NCBI GenBank assembly: GCA_964515335.1
Contig: CAZETS010000005.1
Coordinates: forward strand, 10,174-74,173
Reading direction: 5' to 3'
Source: an uncultured Spirochaetaceae bacterium
GTDB lineage: Bacteria > Myxococcota_A > UBA9160 > UBA4427
Length of the DNA: 64,000 bases
Part shown: piece by piece, positions 1 through 8,781 of the stretch
Layout of the letters: every line of letters begins with the position of its first letter
Numbering within the stretch: the stretch's first letter is position 1
The notes under the pieces: generated by a model
Databases searched by the model: none
The model's input: the letters and a program-made list of their open reading frames with translations, nothing else
What the model was told of the DNA's origin: nothing
Made by a program: the position numbers and the translations under genes

Positions 1-1103
1 AGGCCGCCGACCCATTCCGTGACGGCATCGGCGACGCGATCCACCTCGCCGTCGCTCAGCTCGGGGTACAGGGGCAGGGAGACGACCTCGCGAGCGAGCG
101 CTTCGCTGTGCGGGAGACTTCCGGCCGCATGCCCGAGAAACGCGTACGCGGGCATCAGATGGATGGGATGCGGGTAGTGGACGCCCGTGGCGATCCCTCT
201 CCCGGCGAGCGCCTCGCGAAGGGCATCGCGCTCTTCGCTGCGGATCACGTACTGGTGCCGGGCGTGCTCGACGCCCGCTCCGGCCAGCAGCCTGGGCACG
301 ACACCCCCGAGACGCTCGTCGTAGCGATCGCCGATGCGGCGACGGCGCTCGAGGAAACGCGGCAGATGGGGCAGCTTGGCGCCGAGGATCGCGGCCTGCA
401 GTTCGTCGAGGCGTGAGTTCTGCCCCTCCCGCTCGGCGCACACCGCGCCCTCGAAGCCGTACTGCCGCAGGCTCCGCATCAGCGCGACGAGCTCCGGGGC
501 GCGGCTGGCGCACAGGCCTGCGTCCCCGTACGCGCCGAGGTTCTTGGTGGGGTAGAAGGAGAACGCAGCGACGTCGCCGAGCGTGCCGGCCATTCGGCCC
601 CGGATGGTCGCGCCGTGAGCCTGCGCGCAGTCCTCCAGGATGCGGATCGGGCGCGCTCCGATGATCTCGCGCAGGCCCGCCACGTCGACGACGTTGCCGT
701 AGAGGTGCACCGGCAGCACCGCACGGGTGCGCGCACCGATGCGTTCCTCGACGGCATCGAGATCCATCAGCCCCGTCGCCGGATCGACGTCGCAGAAGAC
801 CGGCGTCGCCCCGACCTGGCGAATCGCACTCACCGTCGCCACCGCGGTGTTTGCGACCGTCAGCACCTCGTCCTCGGCGTCGACGCCGAGGGCTCTCAGC
901 CCGATGACGATCGCATCGGTGCCACTGGCGACGCCTACGCAACGGCCTGCGCCCAGGAACGACGCGAACCCCTCTTCGAAGCGCTCGACCTCTTCGCCGA
1001 GAATCAGGCGCCCCGAGGAGATCACCCGATCGATGGCTGCCTCGATCTCGCCGCGCAATACCTCGTGCTGCGCCAGATAGTCGAAGCTCTCGACCGGCGT
1101 CAT
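1..1103 (-). CDS. DegT/DnrJ/EryC1/StrS-family PLP-dependent sugar aminotransferase (ArnB-like); the C-terminus runs off the window edge
   Basis: My own minus-strand translation from the ATG at 1103..1101 gives MTPVESFDYLAQHEVLRGEIEAAIDRVISSGRLILGEEVERFEEGFASFLGAGRCVGVASGTDAIV...GVHYPHPIHLMPAYAFLGH...SLPHSEALAREVVSLPLYPELS, a typical DegT pattern. It is absent from the ORF track because there is no stop codon inside the window. Confidence 0.85.
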   Translation of the reverse strand, partial: MTPVESFDYLAQHEVLRGEIEAAIDRVISSGRLILGEEVERFEEGFASFLGAGRCVGVASGTDAIVIGLRALGVDAEDEVLTVANTAVATVSAIRQVGATPVFCDVDPATGLMDLDAVEERIGARTRAVLPVHLYGNVVDVAGLREIIGARPIRILEDCAQAHGATIRGRMAGTLGDVAAFSFYPTKNLGAYGDAGLCASRAPELVALMRSLRQYGFEGAVCAEREGQNSRLDELQAAILGAKLPHLPRFLERRRRIGDRYDERLGGVVPRLLAGAGVEHARHQYVIRSEERDALREALAGRGIATGVHYPHPIHLMPAYAFLGHAAGSLPHSEALAREVVSLPLYPELSDGEVDRVADAVTEWVGG

Positions 1104-1188
1104 CTCCAGTCGATCTCGAGGTTGGAGCCGAGGAGGCCGGGACCTCCCGTCACCGGAACCGGACTGCCGCAGAAGTCCTCGGCGAAGC

Positions 1189-2232
1189 TCATGACGGCTT
1201 CCGATCGTCGTCCTCGCAATTCATCGTCCTGCGGGCGACGAACATCGGGCTGCCGTTGCCCTGCAGGAAGAGACGGCCGAGGTACTCGCCGATCATTCCG
1301 AGAGCGAACAGCTGAACGCCGGAGACGACGAGAATCAGCACGGCCGTCGAGGCCCAACCGGGCACGAGTTCGGGATCCTGCAGGCGCTCGGCCATCACGA
1401 ATACGGTGAGAACCAGCCCCACGAAGGCGAACAGGATCCCGAGCAGGGACGCGATTCGCAGCGGCAGGATCGAGAAGTTCGTCAGCATGTCGAGCCACAG
1501 GCGCGTCAACTTCATGAGCGTGTAGTTGGAGCGGCCTTGCTGGCGGGGGCTGTGCTCGACGAGCTGAGTGGTGTAGTTCGCGGTCGAGCGCAGGATGAGC
1601 CCGTCGACGTAGGGATAGGGGCCTTCGTACCGCGTGATCTCGTCGATCATGAAGCGACTGATCGCCTTGAAGGACGACAGGTAGAGGCCCCACTCCTTCT
1701 TCAGCATCACGCTGGCCACGGCGTTGTTGAAGCGGCTGCCGAGGTTGCGGAAGGCGCTGTGCTGCTTCTTCTCGTAGCGGGAGAAGACGACGTCGTACCC
1801 CTCCCGGAGCTTCTCGACGAGCTTCGCGACCTCGGCAGGCGGGTTCTGGAAATCGTCGTCGACGATCACCGCGCAGTCGCCCCGGCAGTACGAGAGCCCG
1901 GCCATCACCGCGTTGTGCTCTCCGAAGTTGCGGGCGAGATCGACGAAGCGCACCCACGAGTGGGCGGTCGCCAGCCGGCGGCAGATCTCGCCCGAATCGT
2001 CCGGGCTCGCATCGTTGACCAGGACGATCTCGAAGTCGTAGCGCGTCGCCAGCTCGGCGTGGAGCCGCTCGACGAGCTGCTCGAGGGTGCCGCTGCTGTT
2101 GTAGACGGGAACGATGACCGAAACGCGCAAGCAGGGCGCGGCGGCCTCCTCCAGTCCGGGCTGGTGCGCTGCGCGCGTCGTCTTCTCCGATGACATCAGC
2201 GGGCCTTGCTCGCTCGCTCGTGGAACGACCAC
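1189..2232 (-). CDS. Family-2 glycosyltransferase, polyprenol-phosphate sugar transferase type (ArnC/GtrB/DPM1-like) with C-terminal TM helices
   Basis: VSVIVPVYNSSGTLEQLVERL...EIVLVNDASPDDS...VIVDDDFQNPP (DxD-type core), followed by two hydrophobic helices (ILPLRIASLLGILFAFVGLVL; AVLILVVSGVQLFALGMIGEYLGRL). The alternative start MSSEKTT at 2196 is equally plausible. Confidence 0.85.
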   Translation of the reverse strand: MVVPRASEQGPLMSSEKTTRAAHQPGLEEAAAPCLRVSVIVPVYNSSGTLEQLVERLHAELATRYDFEIVLVNDASPDDSGEICRRLATAHSWVRFVDLARNFGEHNAVMAGLSYCRGDCAVIVDDDFQNPPAEVAKLVEKLREGYDVVFSRYEKKQHSAFRNLGSRFNNAVASVMLKKEWGLYLSSFKAISRFMIDEITRYEGPYPYVDGLILRSTANYTTQLVEHSPRQQGRSNYTLMKLTRLWLDMLTNFSILPLRIASLLGILFAFVGLVLTVFVMAERLQDPELVPGWASTAVLILVVSGVQLFALGMIGEYLGRLFLQGNGSPMFVARRTMNCEDDDRKPS

Positions 2233-2352
2233 GCGTCGATTCCGGCGCCGAGAGCGTAGGGAAGGGACGCTCGGCGCTGCAACCGAAGCCGGGCCGTCGT
2301 CGCGACGATTCTCCTCTTGCCTCGCGGGCGGCCGGGCAACTCGCCTACGTGC

Positions 2353-3120
2353 TCACGGCTTGCGTCCGATCGCGTACACGGAGCTGCCGAACGGGAAGCG
2401 CACGCCCTGCGCGATCATGCGGTTCTCCAGGGCCAGCACCGAGAAGAGCGCGCGATTCACGAGTGGGTGCGGAACGCTGTGCAGATCCGACCGGGCGGCC
2501 TCGTCGCGGCGTGGCTGGCGGAACATCGTCGGCAGGCGGCGGGCAACCACCAGCGGAAACAGCAGACACAGTCGATACGTGATCAGCTGCACGCGCAGCC
2601 CGAGCTGGTTGAGCAGCCCGACCACGCGGCCGGCCGTGTAACGTTCACGGGTGTGGACGGCCACGTCGTGCTCGCTGTAGAGCCACTCGTAGGCGGGGAG
2701 GTTCAGCACGAAGAGCCCACCGGGCCGCAGCGCTTCCACGAGTCGCCGCAGGCCCGGCAGTGCGCGATCCACGCCCGGGATGTACAAGACGTCGAGGCTC
2801 GTGACCAGATCGAGGCCGCCGGCAGGCAGCGGAGGGTCGCAGATGTCTCCGCCACGCAGATCGGCGCCGGGGACCCTGCAGCGGGCGAGGCTCAGCGCCT
2901 CTTCGGACACATCGAAGCCGCCGAGACAGGCCGGCTCGAGGTGATCGCGCAGCTCGGCGAGGTTGCGCCCGGTTCCACAGCCCGCGTCGAGGACTCGCGG
3001 GTGGCGGGGAAGTCCCGAGCCGGGCGGCGTCAACGTGCGCACGAGCACGTCGCGAAGCCCCCTGTACCACCACAGGTCGTCCTCGACGCGCGCCATCGTC
3101 TGGTGTTCGCCGGGATTCAA
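2353..3120 (-). CDS. Class I SAM-dependent methyltransferase
   Basis: SAM motif I VLDAGCGTGRNLAEL, a post-I acidic residue, and LRPGGLFVLNLP (motif III-like). Confidence 0.8.
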   Translation of the reverse strand: MNPGEHQTMARVEDDLWWYRGLRDVLVRTLTPPGSGLPRHPRVLDAGCGTGRNLAELRDHLEPACLGGFDVSEEALSLARCRVPGADLRGGDICDPPLPAGGLDLVTSLDVLYIPGVDRALPGLRRLVEALRPGGLFVLNLPAYEWLYSEHDVAVHTRERYTAGRVVGLLNQLGLRVQLITYRLCLLFPLVVARRLPTMFRQPRRDEAARSDLHSVPHPLVNRALFSVLALENRMIAQGVRFPFGSSVYAIGRKP

Positions 3121-3161
3121 TCGACCCGCCTTGCCACGCTATCGGCCGATCGAAGACCCGG

Positions 3162-4376
3162 TCAGGACGCGACGGGAATCGACAGGCTGACCTCGTCGGC
3201 CTCTGCACCGGCCGCCTCGGGCTCGAGGGAGGGCGGGTCGAGGGCGGGATCCTCGAAGCGGCGCAGCGGCTTGTAGAGGGTCGAGCGCTCGACGGGCACC
3301 CGTCCGATCTCGCGGATCAGGCGCCTGAAATCCTCCGGTGCGGTGTTCTCGCCGAACATCGAGCCCGACTCGCGGCTGATGGACTCCTCCATCAGCGTGC
3401 CGCCGAAGTCGTTGGCGCCGGCGGTCAGCGCCATCTGCCCGACCTTGTGGCCCATCTTGACCCAGCTGACCTGGATGTTCTGGATGTACGGCCGCAGGAA
3501 GAGCCGCGAGACCGCCACCATCCGCAGGTCCTCGTAGACGCCCGCTCCCGGCCGCGAGCCGAGCACGTTGTAGAGCTCGTTCAGCTCGTGGATGTAGCCG
3601 AGCGGCACGAACTCCGTGAAGCCGCCGGTTTCCTTCTGCAGCTCGCGAATCAGGTTCATGTGCGCCGCCACGTGGCGCGGCGTCTCGATGTGGCCGTACA
3701 TGACGGTCGACGAGGTCGGCAGACCCAGCGCGTGTGCGGCGCGGATGATCTCCACCCAACGGTCCGTCTTGATCTTGCGCGGCGACAGGATGTTGCGGAT
3801 CTCGTCGTCGAGGATCTCGGCCGCCGTGCCGGGCAGGCTGCCGACGCCGGCGTCCATCAGCCAGCGGATGTAGTCGGGGAGCGTCATGCCGCTCTTGCGG
3901 TGCCCCCAGTCGATCTCCTCGGGCGAGTAGGCGTGCAGGTGAAGCCCCGGGAATGCCTCCTTGATGGCGAGCACCACGCGCCGGTAGTCCTCGTGGTCCT
4001 TCTGCGGATGGATGCCGCCCTGCATGCAGATCTCGGTGGCTCCGCGCGCGACGGCGTCAGCGCACTTCTCGAGCACCACCGACATGTCGTGGTCGTAGGC
4101 CTCGTCCTGGTGCTTGTGGCGCGCGAAGCCGCAGAACGAGCAGCCCACGTAGCAGACGTTCGTGAAGTTCACGTTGCGGCAGACCACGTAGCTGACGTCG
4201 TCGCCGACGTCTTCGCGGCGCGCACGATCGGCCGCCCACAAGAGGGCGTGCAGGTCGGCGCCCTCGGCGGCGAGCAGCAGCTCGGCGTCCTGCTGTGAGA
4301 GGTCTTTTCCGTCGAGGCAGGCGTCCAGGGCTCGCGCCACTCGCGGGTTCACGTCGTCGGTCATGCGTTCGAACAT
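3162..4376 (-). CDS. cofH: FO (7,8-didemethyl-8-hydroxy-5-deazariboflavin) synthase subunit 2, radical SAM
   Basis: VSYVVCRNVNFTNVCYVGCSFCGFARHK (CxxxCxxC radical-SAM cluster in the CofH/FbiC-C context), plus GGIHPQ and TVMYGHIETP. The start MFERM at 4376 overlaps the cofG stop (TGATG). The 864-aa track ORF is an upstream over-extension. Confidence 0.85.
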   Translation of the reverse strand: MFERMTDDVNPRVARALDACLDGKDLSQQDAELLLAAEGADLHALLWAADRARREDVGDDVSYVVCRNVNFTNVCYVGCSFCGFARHKHQDEAYDHDMSVVLEKCADAVARGATEICMQGGIHPQKDHEDYRRVVLAIKEAFPGLHLHAYSPEEIDWGHRKSGMTLPDYIRWLMDAGVGSLPGTAAEILDDEIRNILSPRKIKTDRWVEIIRAAHALGLPTSSTVMYGHIETPRHVAAHMNLIRELQKETGGFTEFVPLGYIHELNELYNVLGSRPGAGVYEDLRMVAVSRLFLRPYIQNIQVSWVKMGHKVGQMALTAGANDFGGTLMEESISRESGSMFGENTAPEDFRRLIREIGRVPVERSTLYKPLRRFEDPALDPPSLEPEAAGAEADEVSLSIPVAS

Positions 4377-5608
4377 CAGGCAGCCTCCTCGTCGGACTGG
4401 TGGGAAGGTCGCCGCGCGTAGCCCTCGTCGGTAGCGAAGCGCGGCAAGGCATCGAGAATCCGTGGATCGAAGAAATCCGGGCGCCCGAGCACCCAGTCGG
4501 GATAGACGGGCCCGCGGTCGCGCAGCTTCTGTCCGCTGCGCTCGGTCAGCTCGCGGAGCCGATCGATCGCGGGCCACGGGGCCTCGGGGTTGATGAAGTC
4601 GACGGTGACCGGGGAGACACCCCCCCAGTCGTTCAGTCCGGCCGTCGCCAGCCGGTCGAGCATCTCGGGCGCCAGGTTCGGCGGCGCCTGCACGTTCATC
4701 GCCGGGCCCATCACGAGCCGCGTCAGCGCCACCCAGCCGATCACCTCGTCGTCGCGGATCGGCGGCGTCGCGCGCATCGGCGTGCCCGGCTTGGGGTGGA
4801 AGGGCTGGACGATCACCTCCTGGATGTGGCCATGGCGGTCGGCCAGGTCGCGGATCGTCAGCAGGGTGTCGATGCGCTCCTCGTCGTTCTCCCCGATGCC
4901 GAGGAGCAGCCCGGTGGTGAACGGAACGCGCAGCTCGCCGGCCTCCTCGTGCATGCGGATGCGCACCGCGGGATCCTTGTCGGGGGCGTGGAAGTGCGCC
5001 ATGCCGCGGCCGCGCAGCCGCTGACTGGTGGTCTCCATCATGAGACCCATCGAGGCGTTCCAGGGCCGCAACGCCGTCATCTCCTCGGCGGAGAGGATCC
5101 CGGCGTTGGTGTGCGGCAGCATGCCGCCCTCGAAGGCGACCCGGCAGGCCTCGAGGACGAGATCGACGGTGGTCCCGAGCCCCCGCTCGGCGAGCCACTC
5201 GCGATGGGCCCGGTAGGCGACCTCGGGCTTGTCGCCGAGACACATCAGCGCCTCGGTGCAGCCGGTCTTCACGCCGCCGCGCACCACCTCGGCCACCTCG
5301 TCCAGCGTGTAGGTGTGCGCCTCGGGCGAGTCGGGCTGCTTGGCGAAGCTGCAGTACGTGCAGCGGTTGCGGCAGAGATTCGTGAGCGGCAGGAAGACGT
5401 TGCGCGAGACCGTCACGACATCGCCCTTGCCGGCGAGCTTGCTCGCGTGGGCGACCTCGGTGAGCGCGGCCAACACGCCCTCGTCGCGCAGGTGCGCGGC
5501 GAGCCGCAGCGCCTCGGCCCGCTCGAGCCGGCCGGCGTCGAGTGCGGACGTCGCGAGGCGGGCCGCGTCGTCCGCCGTCATCGATGAGGCGGGGTCGGGG
5601 AGGGTCAC
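4376..5608 (-). CDS. cofG: FO synthase subunit 1, radical SAM
   Basis: VTVSRNVFLPLTNLCRNRCTYCSFAK matches the CofG/FbiC-N signature. It sits directly upstream of cofH and is translationally coupled to it. GTG start at 5608; an internal MTADD start is also possible. Confidence 0.85.
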   Translation of the reverse strand: MTLPDPASSMTADDAARLATSALDAGRLERAEALRLAAHLRDEGVLAALTEVAHASKLAGKGDVVTVSRNVFLPLTNLCRNRCTYCSFAKQPDSPEAHTYTLDEVAEVVRGGVKTGCTEALMCLGDKPEVAYRAHREWLAERGLGTTVDLVLEACRVAFEGGMLPHTNAGILSAEEMTALRPWNASMGLMMETTSQRLRGRGMAHFHAPDKDPAVRIRMHEEAGELRVPFTTGLLLGIGENDEERIDTLLTIRDLADRHGHIQEVIVQPFHPKPGTPMRATPPIRDDEVIGWVALTRLVMGPAMNVQAPPNLAPEMLDRLATAGLNDWGGVSPVTVDFINPEAPWPAIDRLRELTERSGQKLRDRGPVYPDWVLGRPDFFDPRILDALPRFATDEGYARRPSHQSDEEAA

Positions 5609-5776
5609 GGTGGGTAGAGGCCTTCCGAGCGCGGGCGAGCGACCACGATAGCGCCGGCCCGGTCGGGTCGCCGTGCCGACATCCGGCGCCGCCCCGGCCC
5701 CGGCCGGCGCAATGACCGCTCGGAAATCCGGCGCCCCCGGGGGCTCGAGCCGGCACGAGGAGCGGCCGAGGGCCGA

Positions 5777-7225
5777 TCAGACGGCGTCCTCCCCACGGCG
5801 CGCTCGCCGATCCAACGCCTCGAGGATCTCGCGATGCCGCTCACGCGTCATGCGGTAGCGCGAGAGGAAGATCAGCGTCAGCACATAGCAGAACATCAGC
5901 CCCGGCCCGACCGCCAGACCGAGCTTCACGATCTTGTCCGCGGACACCTCGCCGACCTCGGCCCCGCGCGGAAACGCGATCGCATCGAGAGCGATGCCGG
6001 CCGCGAACGATCCGATCCCCGACGCGGACTTGAGCGAGAAGGCGATCGCGGCGGAGAAGACGCCCTCGCGCCGCTGCCCGGTCTCGAGCTCACTCTCGTC
6101 CACGGTGTCGGCCACCATCGACGACGCGATGATCCCGATCGCGACCACCGGCACGATCAGGATGGTCACGTGCACGAGGATCAGGACGAAGAGCAACGGC
6201 TCGCCGTTCTCGGGCATCCATCCGGCCAGGCGCAGGAAGATCGGCAGCGGGCCGAAGAAGACCGCGAAGCTGGCGAGCCCGAGCGCGGCGCCACGCTTGT
6301 CGTAGCGCTCGGTGAGCCGCCGCGTGCCGAGGAAGGCCAGCACGATGGACAGCCCGGGCGTGACGAGCAGGAGGCTCAGCTGCTCGGTCGTGAACCCCCA
6401 GTAGTAGGTGTTCACGTACAGGCCGACGACGTCGTTGAAGCCGCCGGCCACCGAAGCACACATGAAGCTCGCGACGATCATCCGATACGACCGGTTCCCG
6501 AACGCGTCGCGCAGCTCGCCGCCCAGGCGCCGAAGCGAGAAGGGCTGAGCGGCGCTCGCCCCGCGCATCCGCGGGATCAAGCGGTGGGTGCCCGCCGCGC
6601 AGCTGATGATCGCGAGCACGACGACCACCGCACAGACGGCCCCCCAGCTCGCGTAGGCGCCCGGGTTCAGGCGCCCTTCCGGATACTCGGGGGTCGGGAC
6701 CAGGAAGTACCGGTAGGCGACGAACGTCATCGCGATGCCGCCGAGCCACCCGAGCAGATACCGCCAGCTCACCAGCGACGTACGCTCGTCGTAGTGGGTG
6801 GTCATCTCGGGCACCATGGCGGAGCTCGGGATCGAGTAGAACGTCATCGACACCCTCACGCCGACCGCGAAGCCGCAGAGCCAGACGAACAGGCCCGTCT
6901 GCGACAGCTCCGGGGGCGAGAAGAGCATCCAGAAGCACACCGCCATCGGGAGCGCCGAGCAGTACATGAACGGATGCCGCCGGCCCCAGCGCGACCGGAA
7001 GCCGTCCGAGAGCGAGCCGACGAGCGGATCGGTGACGGCGTCTACGCAGAGGGCGAGGAAGATCGCCAGTCCGGCCAGCGATCCCGAGAGCCCGAGGACG
7101 TTGTTGTAGTAGAAGAGCAGGAAGACGTTGAACGCGAAGTTCTTCGTCCCCTCGGCGATCGAGCCGCTGCCGTAGAAGGCCTTGACGGAGAGCGGCAGGC
7201 GCCCGGTCGACGACGCTCCGGTCAT
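5777..7225 (-). CDS. MFS transporter, glycoside-pentoside-hexuronide (GPH/MelB-like) family
   Basis: The N-terminus LSVKAFYGSGSIAEGTKNFAFNVFLLFYYNNVLGLS...AVTDPLVGSLSDGFRSRWGRRHPFM is the GPH-family signature, and there are about 12 hydrophobic segments. The start at 7225 forms an ATGA overlap with the upstream gene. Confidence 0.8.
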   Translation of the reverse strand: MTGASSTGRLPLSVKAFYGSGSIAEGTKNFAFNVFLLFYYNNVLGLSGSLAGLAIFLALCVDAVTDPLVGSLSDGFRSRWGRRHPFMYCSALPMAVCFWMLFSPPELSQTGLFVWLCGFAVGVRVSMTFYSIPSSAMVPEMTTHYDERTSLVSWRYLLGWLGGIAMTFVAYRYFLVPTPEYPEGRLNPGAYASWGAVCAVVVVLAIISCAAGTHRLIPRMRGASAAQPFSLRRLGGELRDAFGNRSYRMIVASFMCASVAGGFNDVVGLYVNTYYWGFTTEQLSLLLVTPGLSIVLAFLGTRRLTERYDKRGAALGLASFAVFFGPLPIFLRLAGWMPENGEPLLFVLILVHVTILIVPVVAIGIIASSMVADTVDESELETGQRREGVFSAAIAFSLKSASGIGSFAAGIALDAIAFPRGAEVGEVSADKIVKLGLAVGPGLMFCYVLTLIFLSRYRMTRERHREILEALDRRARRGEDAV

Positions 7226-7572
7226 TCGCCCGCGCTGAAGAAGTCGGCGCGGGGCTGACCGTTCGAGTCGTAGACGGCCTCGCAGAGATCCACGCGGTAC
7301 TTCGAGACCTCGGCGCCTCTCAGGCCGTGACGGCCGAGCGTCCGAAGCATGGCCGCGTAGTGGGGGCCCGCGAAGTGGGCGGCGAGATCCGCCTCGCGGG
7401 TCCAGCACTCGAAGACGGCGACGCGGCCGGGGGAGGCCGGGTCGGCGGTCCAGCTGTAGGCCTCGCAGCCCGCCTGCGCGAGGGCGCCGTCGATGTGGGG
7501 ACGGGCGGCGTCGAGGGCAGCCTCGCGTCGATCCGGATCGATCGCAATGGTGCCGGCGACGACGATCTTCAT
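7222..7572 (-). CDS. Antibiotic-biosynthesis-monooxygenase (ABM) domain protein
   Basis: MKIVVAGTIAIDPDRREAALDAARPHIDGALAQAGCEAYSWTADPASPGRVAVFECWTREADLAAHFAGPHYAAM fits the ferredoxin-like ABM pattern. The stop overlaps the transporter start (ATGA). Confidence 0.65.
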   Translation of the reverse strand: MKIVVAGTIAIDPDRREAALDAARPHIDGALAQAGCEAYSWTADPASPGRVAVFECWTREADLAAHFAGPHYAAMLRTLGRHGLRGAEVSKYRVDLCEAVYDSNGQPRADFFSAGE

Positions 7573-7706
7573 GGACGAGCTCCCTTGCCGGCCGGCGCGC
7601 GCAGAGGATGCGGGCTCGCACCCGGCCGGGCGCCCGAGTCTACACGAGCCTCCGAGCCGCCATCGGCCATCCACCCGGCGCCGCTCGGTTCCGTTCCCGG
7701 AGACCG

Positions 7707-7722
7707 GCGGGGCCGGCCCCGC
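7707..7722 (-). terminator. GC-rich hairpin 4 nt after the LpxL-like stop; a possible operon end
   Basis: Perfect 16-nt palindrome GCGGGGCCGGCCCCGC (6-bp stem, 4-nt loop). There is no U-tract, which is common in high-GC genomes. Confidence 0.35.
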
Positions 7723-7725
7723 TCG

Positions 7726-8781
7726 TCACGCCGTGCGTCGTCGTGGCGAGCCGGCGCGCAGCCGGTGCCGGACCCATCGCAAAGCGCCCGTCCGCGGCGG
7801 ATACGGGTCGCTCTGCTCGATCTCCGCGGCGGGGGCGGGCGGCCGGGTCCGCCAACGGCGCTGCGACCACATCCACTGCTCGGGGTGGCGGCGCACCGCC
7901 GACTCGATGGAAGCGGTCATCCGCGCCACGTTGCGCTCGAGCGCTGCGGCGAACTCGGCGCTCCGCGGATCGCCACTCGCGGACTCGAAGTCGAGGGGCG
8001 GCCCGGCCGACACGACGTGACGGGCCTCTTCGCCGACGCGGTGACCGAAGACCGGCACCACCGGCACGCCCCGCCGCATGGCGATCAGTGCCGGCGCCGA
8101 GCGCGTGCAGGCCAGGCGCGAAAAGAATGGCACGAACACACCCTCGGCGGCCCGCGCGTTCTGGTCGAGCAGCACCACACCGATGCGCCCGTCGCGCAGC
8201 GCGCCCAGGAGCCGGCCGGCGGCGCGGGGCCCCATGCGGATCTCTTCGAGGTCACCGTCCCCGGCACCGCGCACGCGCGTCATCATGCGCGTGAGGCGCT
8301 CGTTGCCGAAACCTCGGTGGACGACGGTCAGCGGATAGCGGCGCGCGAGCGCCGCCGCATACAGGTCCCAGGTGCCGAAGTGTGCGCTCACCACGAGCAC
8401 GCCACCGGTCGGCGAGTCGGCGATCGACTGCTCGATGTGCTCGGCTGCGTCGAAACGCACGCCGTCGAGCACGGCCTCGCGGTGCGGCCCCTGCAGCAAA
8501 GCCAGCTCGGCGATTCCTCGGCCGAGGTTCGAGTAGGCGTCGCCAAGCAACCGCTCCCGATCCGCCACCGTCGCGTCGGGGAACGCGATGCCGAGGTTGA
8601 TGCGCGACAGGTCGGTCGCCGTGCCGCCGAGCGAAGCGACGCGCCGGCCCCAGGCGCCGCCGATCGCCAGCGCGCGCTCGGGCTCGCGGGCCGCGAGTGC
8701 GTCGCGCACGAGCCGCACGGGCAGGAACGACAGGGCGTCGCGCGTCGCGCTCGCCCGGTCCGAGGCGCCCTGCACGCTCAC
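7726..8781 (-). CDS. Lipid A biosynthesis (LpxL/HtrB/MsbB-family) late acyltransferase homologue
   Basis: GGVLVVSAHFGTWDLYAAAL (HxxxxD box), GVVLLDQNA, FFSRLACTRSAPALIAMRRGVPVVPVF and a C-terminal RRHPEQWMWSQRRWRTRP (the family-typical P-EQW-W--RRW tail). The GTG start at 8781 overlaps the folB stop (GTGA). Confidence 0.8.
   Translation of the reverse strand: MSVQGASDRASATRDALSFLPVRLVRDALAAREPERALAIGGAWGRRVASLGGTATDLSRINLGIAFPDATVADRERLLGDAYSNLGRGIAELALLQGPHREAVLDGVRFDAAEHIEQSIADSPTGGVLVVSAHFGTWDLYAAALARRYPLTVVHRGFGNERLTRMMTRVRGAGDGDLEEIRMGPRAAGRLLGALRDGRIGVVLLDQNARAAEGVFVPFFSRLACTRSAPALIAMRRGVPVVPVFGHRVGEEARHVVSAGPPLDFESASGDPRSAEFAAALERNVARMTASIESAVRRHPEQWMWSQRRWRTRPPAPAAEIEQSDPYPPRTGALRWVRHRLRAGSPRRRTA

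Noticed and set aside
3162-5608. The two radical-SAM genes read as MqnE/MqnC (futalosine menaquinone pathway) instead of CofH/CofG
   Set aside because: The upstream partner carries the CofG-type SRNVF-PLT--CRNRC-YC motif, and the pair is arranged and coupled like split FbiC. I could not run a phylogeny, so some residual uncertainty remains.
3162-5756. A single 864-aa ORF that would fuse cofH to a long Arg/Gly-rich N-terminal extension
   Set aside because: The extension overlaps cofG in another frame and has no motif. The conserved CofH sequence begins at MFERM (4376), exactly at the cofG stop. Similar over-extensions were trimmed for 5777-7621, 9175-15435, 14847-15854, 19225-20721, 25637-28093, 25928-26914, 27646-29631, 35252-37564, 41250-42314, 44242-46602, 54748-57276 and 61798-63483.
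5609-5776. The GC-rich leader upstream of cofG, with palindromes, read as a riboswitch
   Set aside because: I could not match it to any riboswitch consensus I know (FMN, TPP, SAM, cobalamin and others). The palindrome just after the transporter stop is explained more simply as a terminator-like hairpin.
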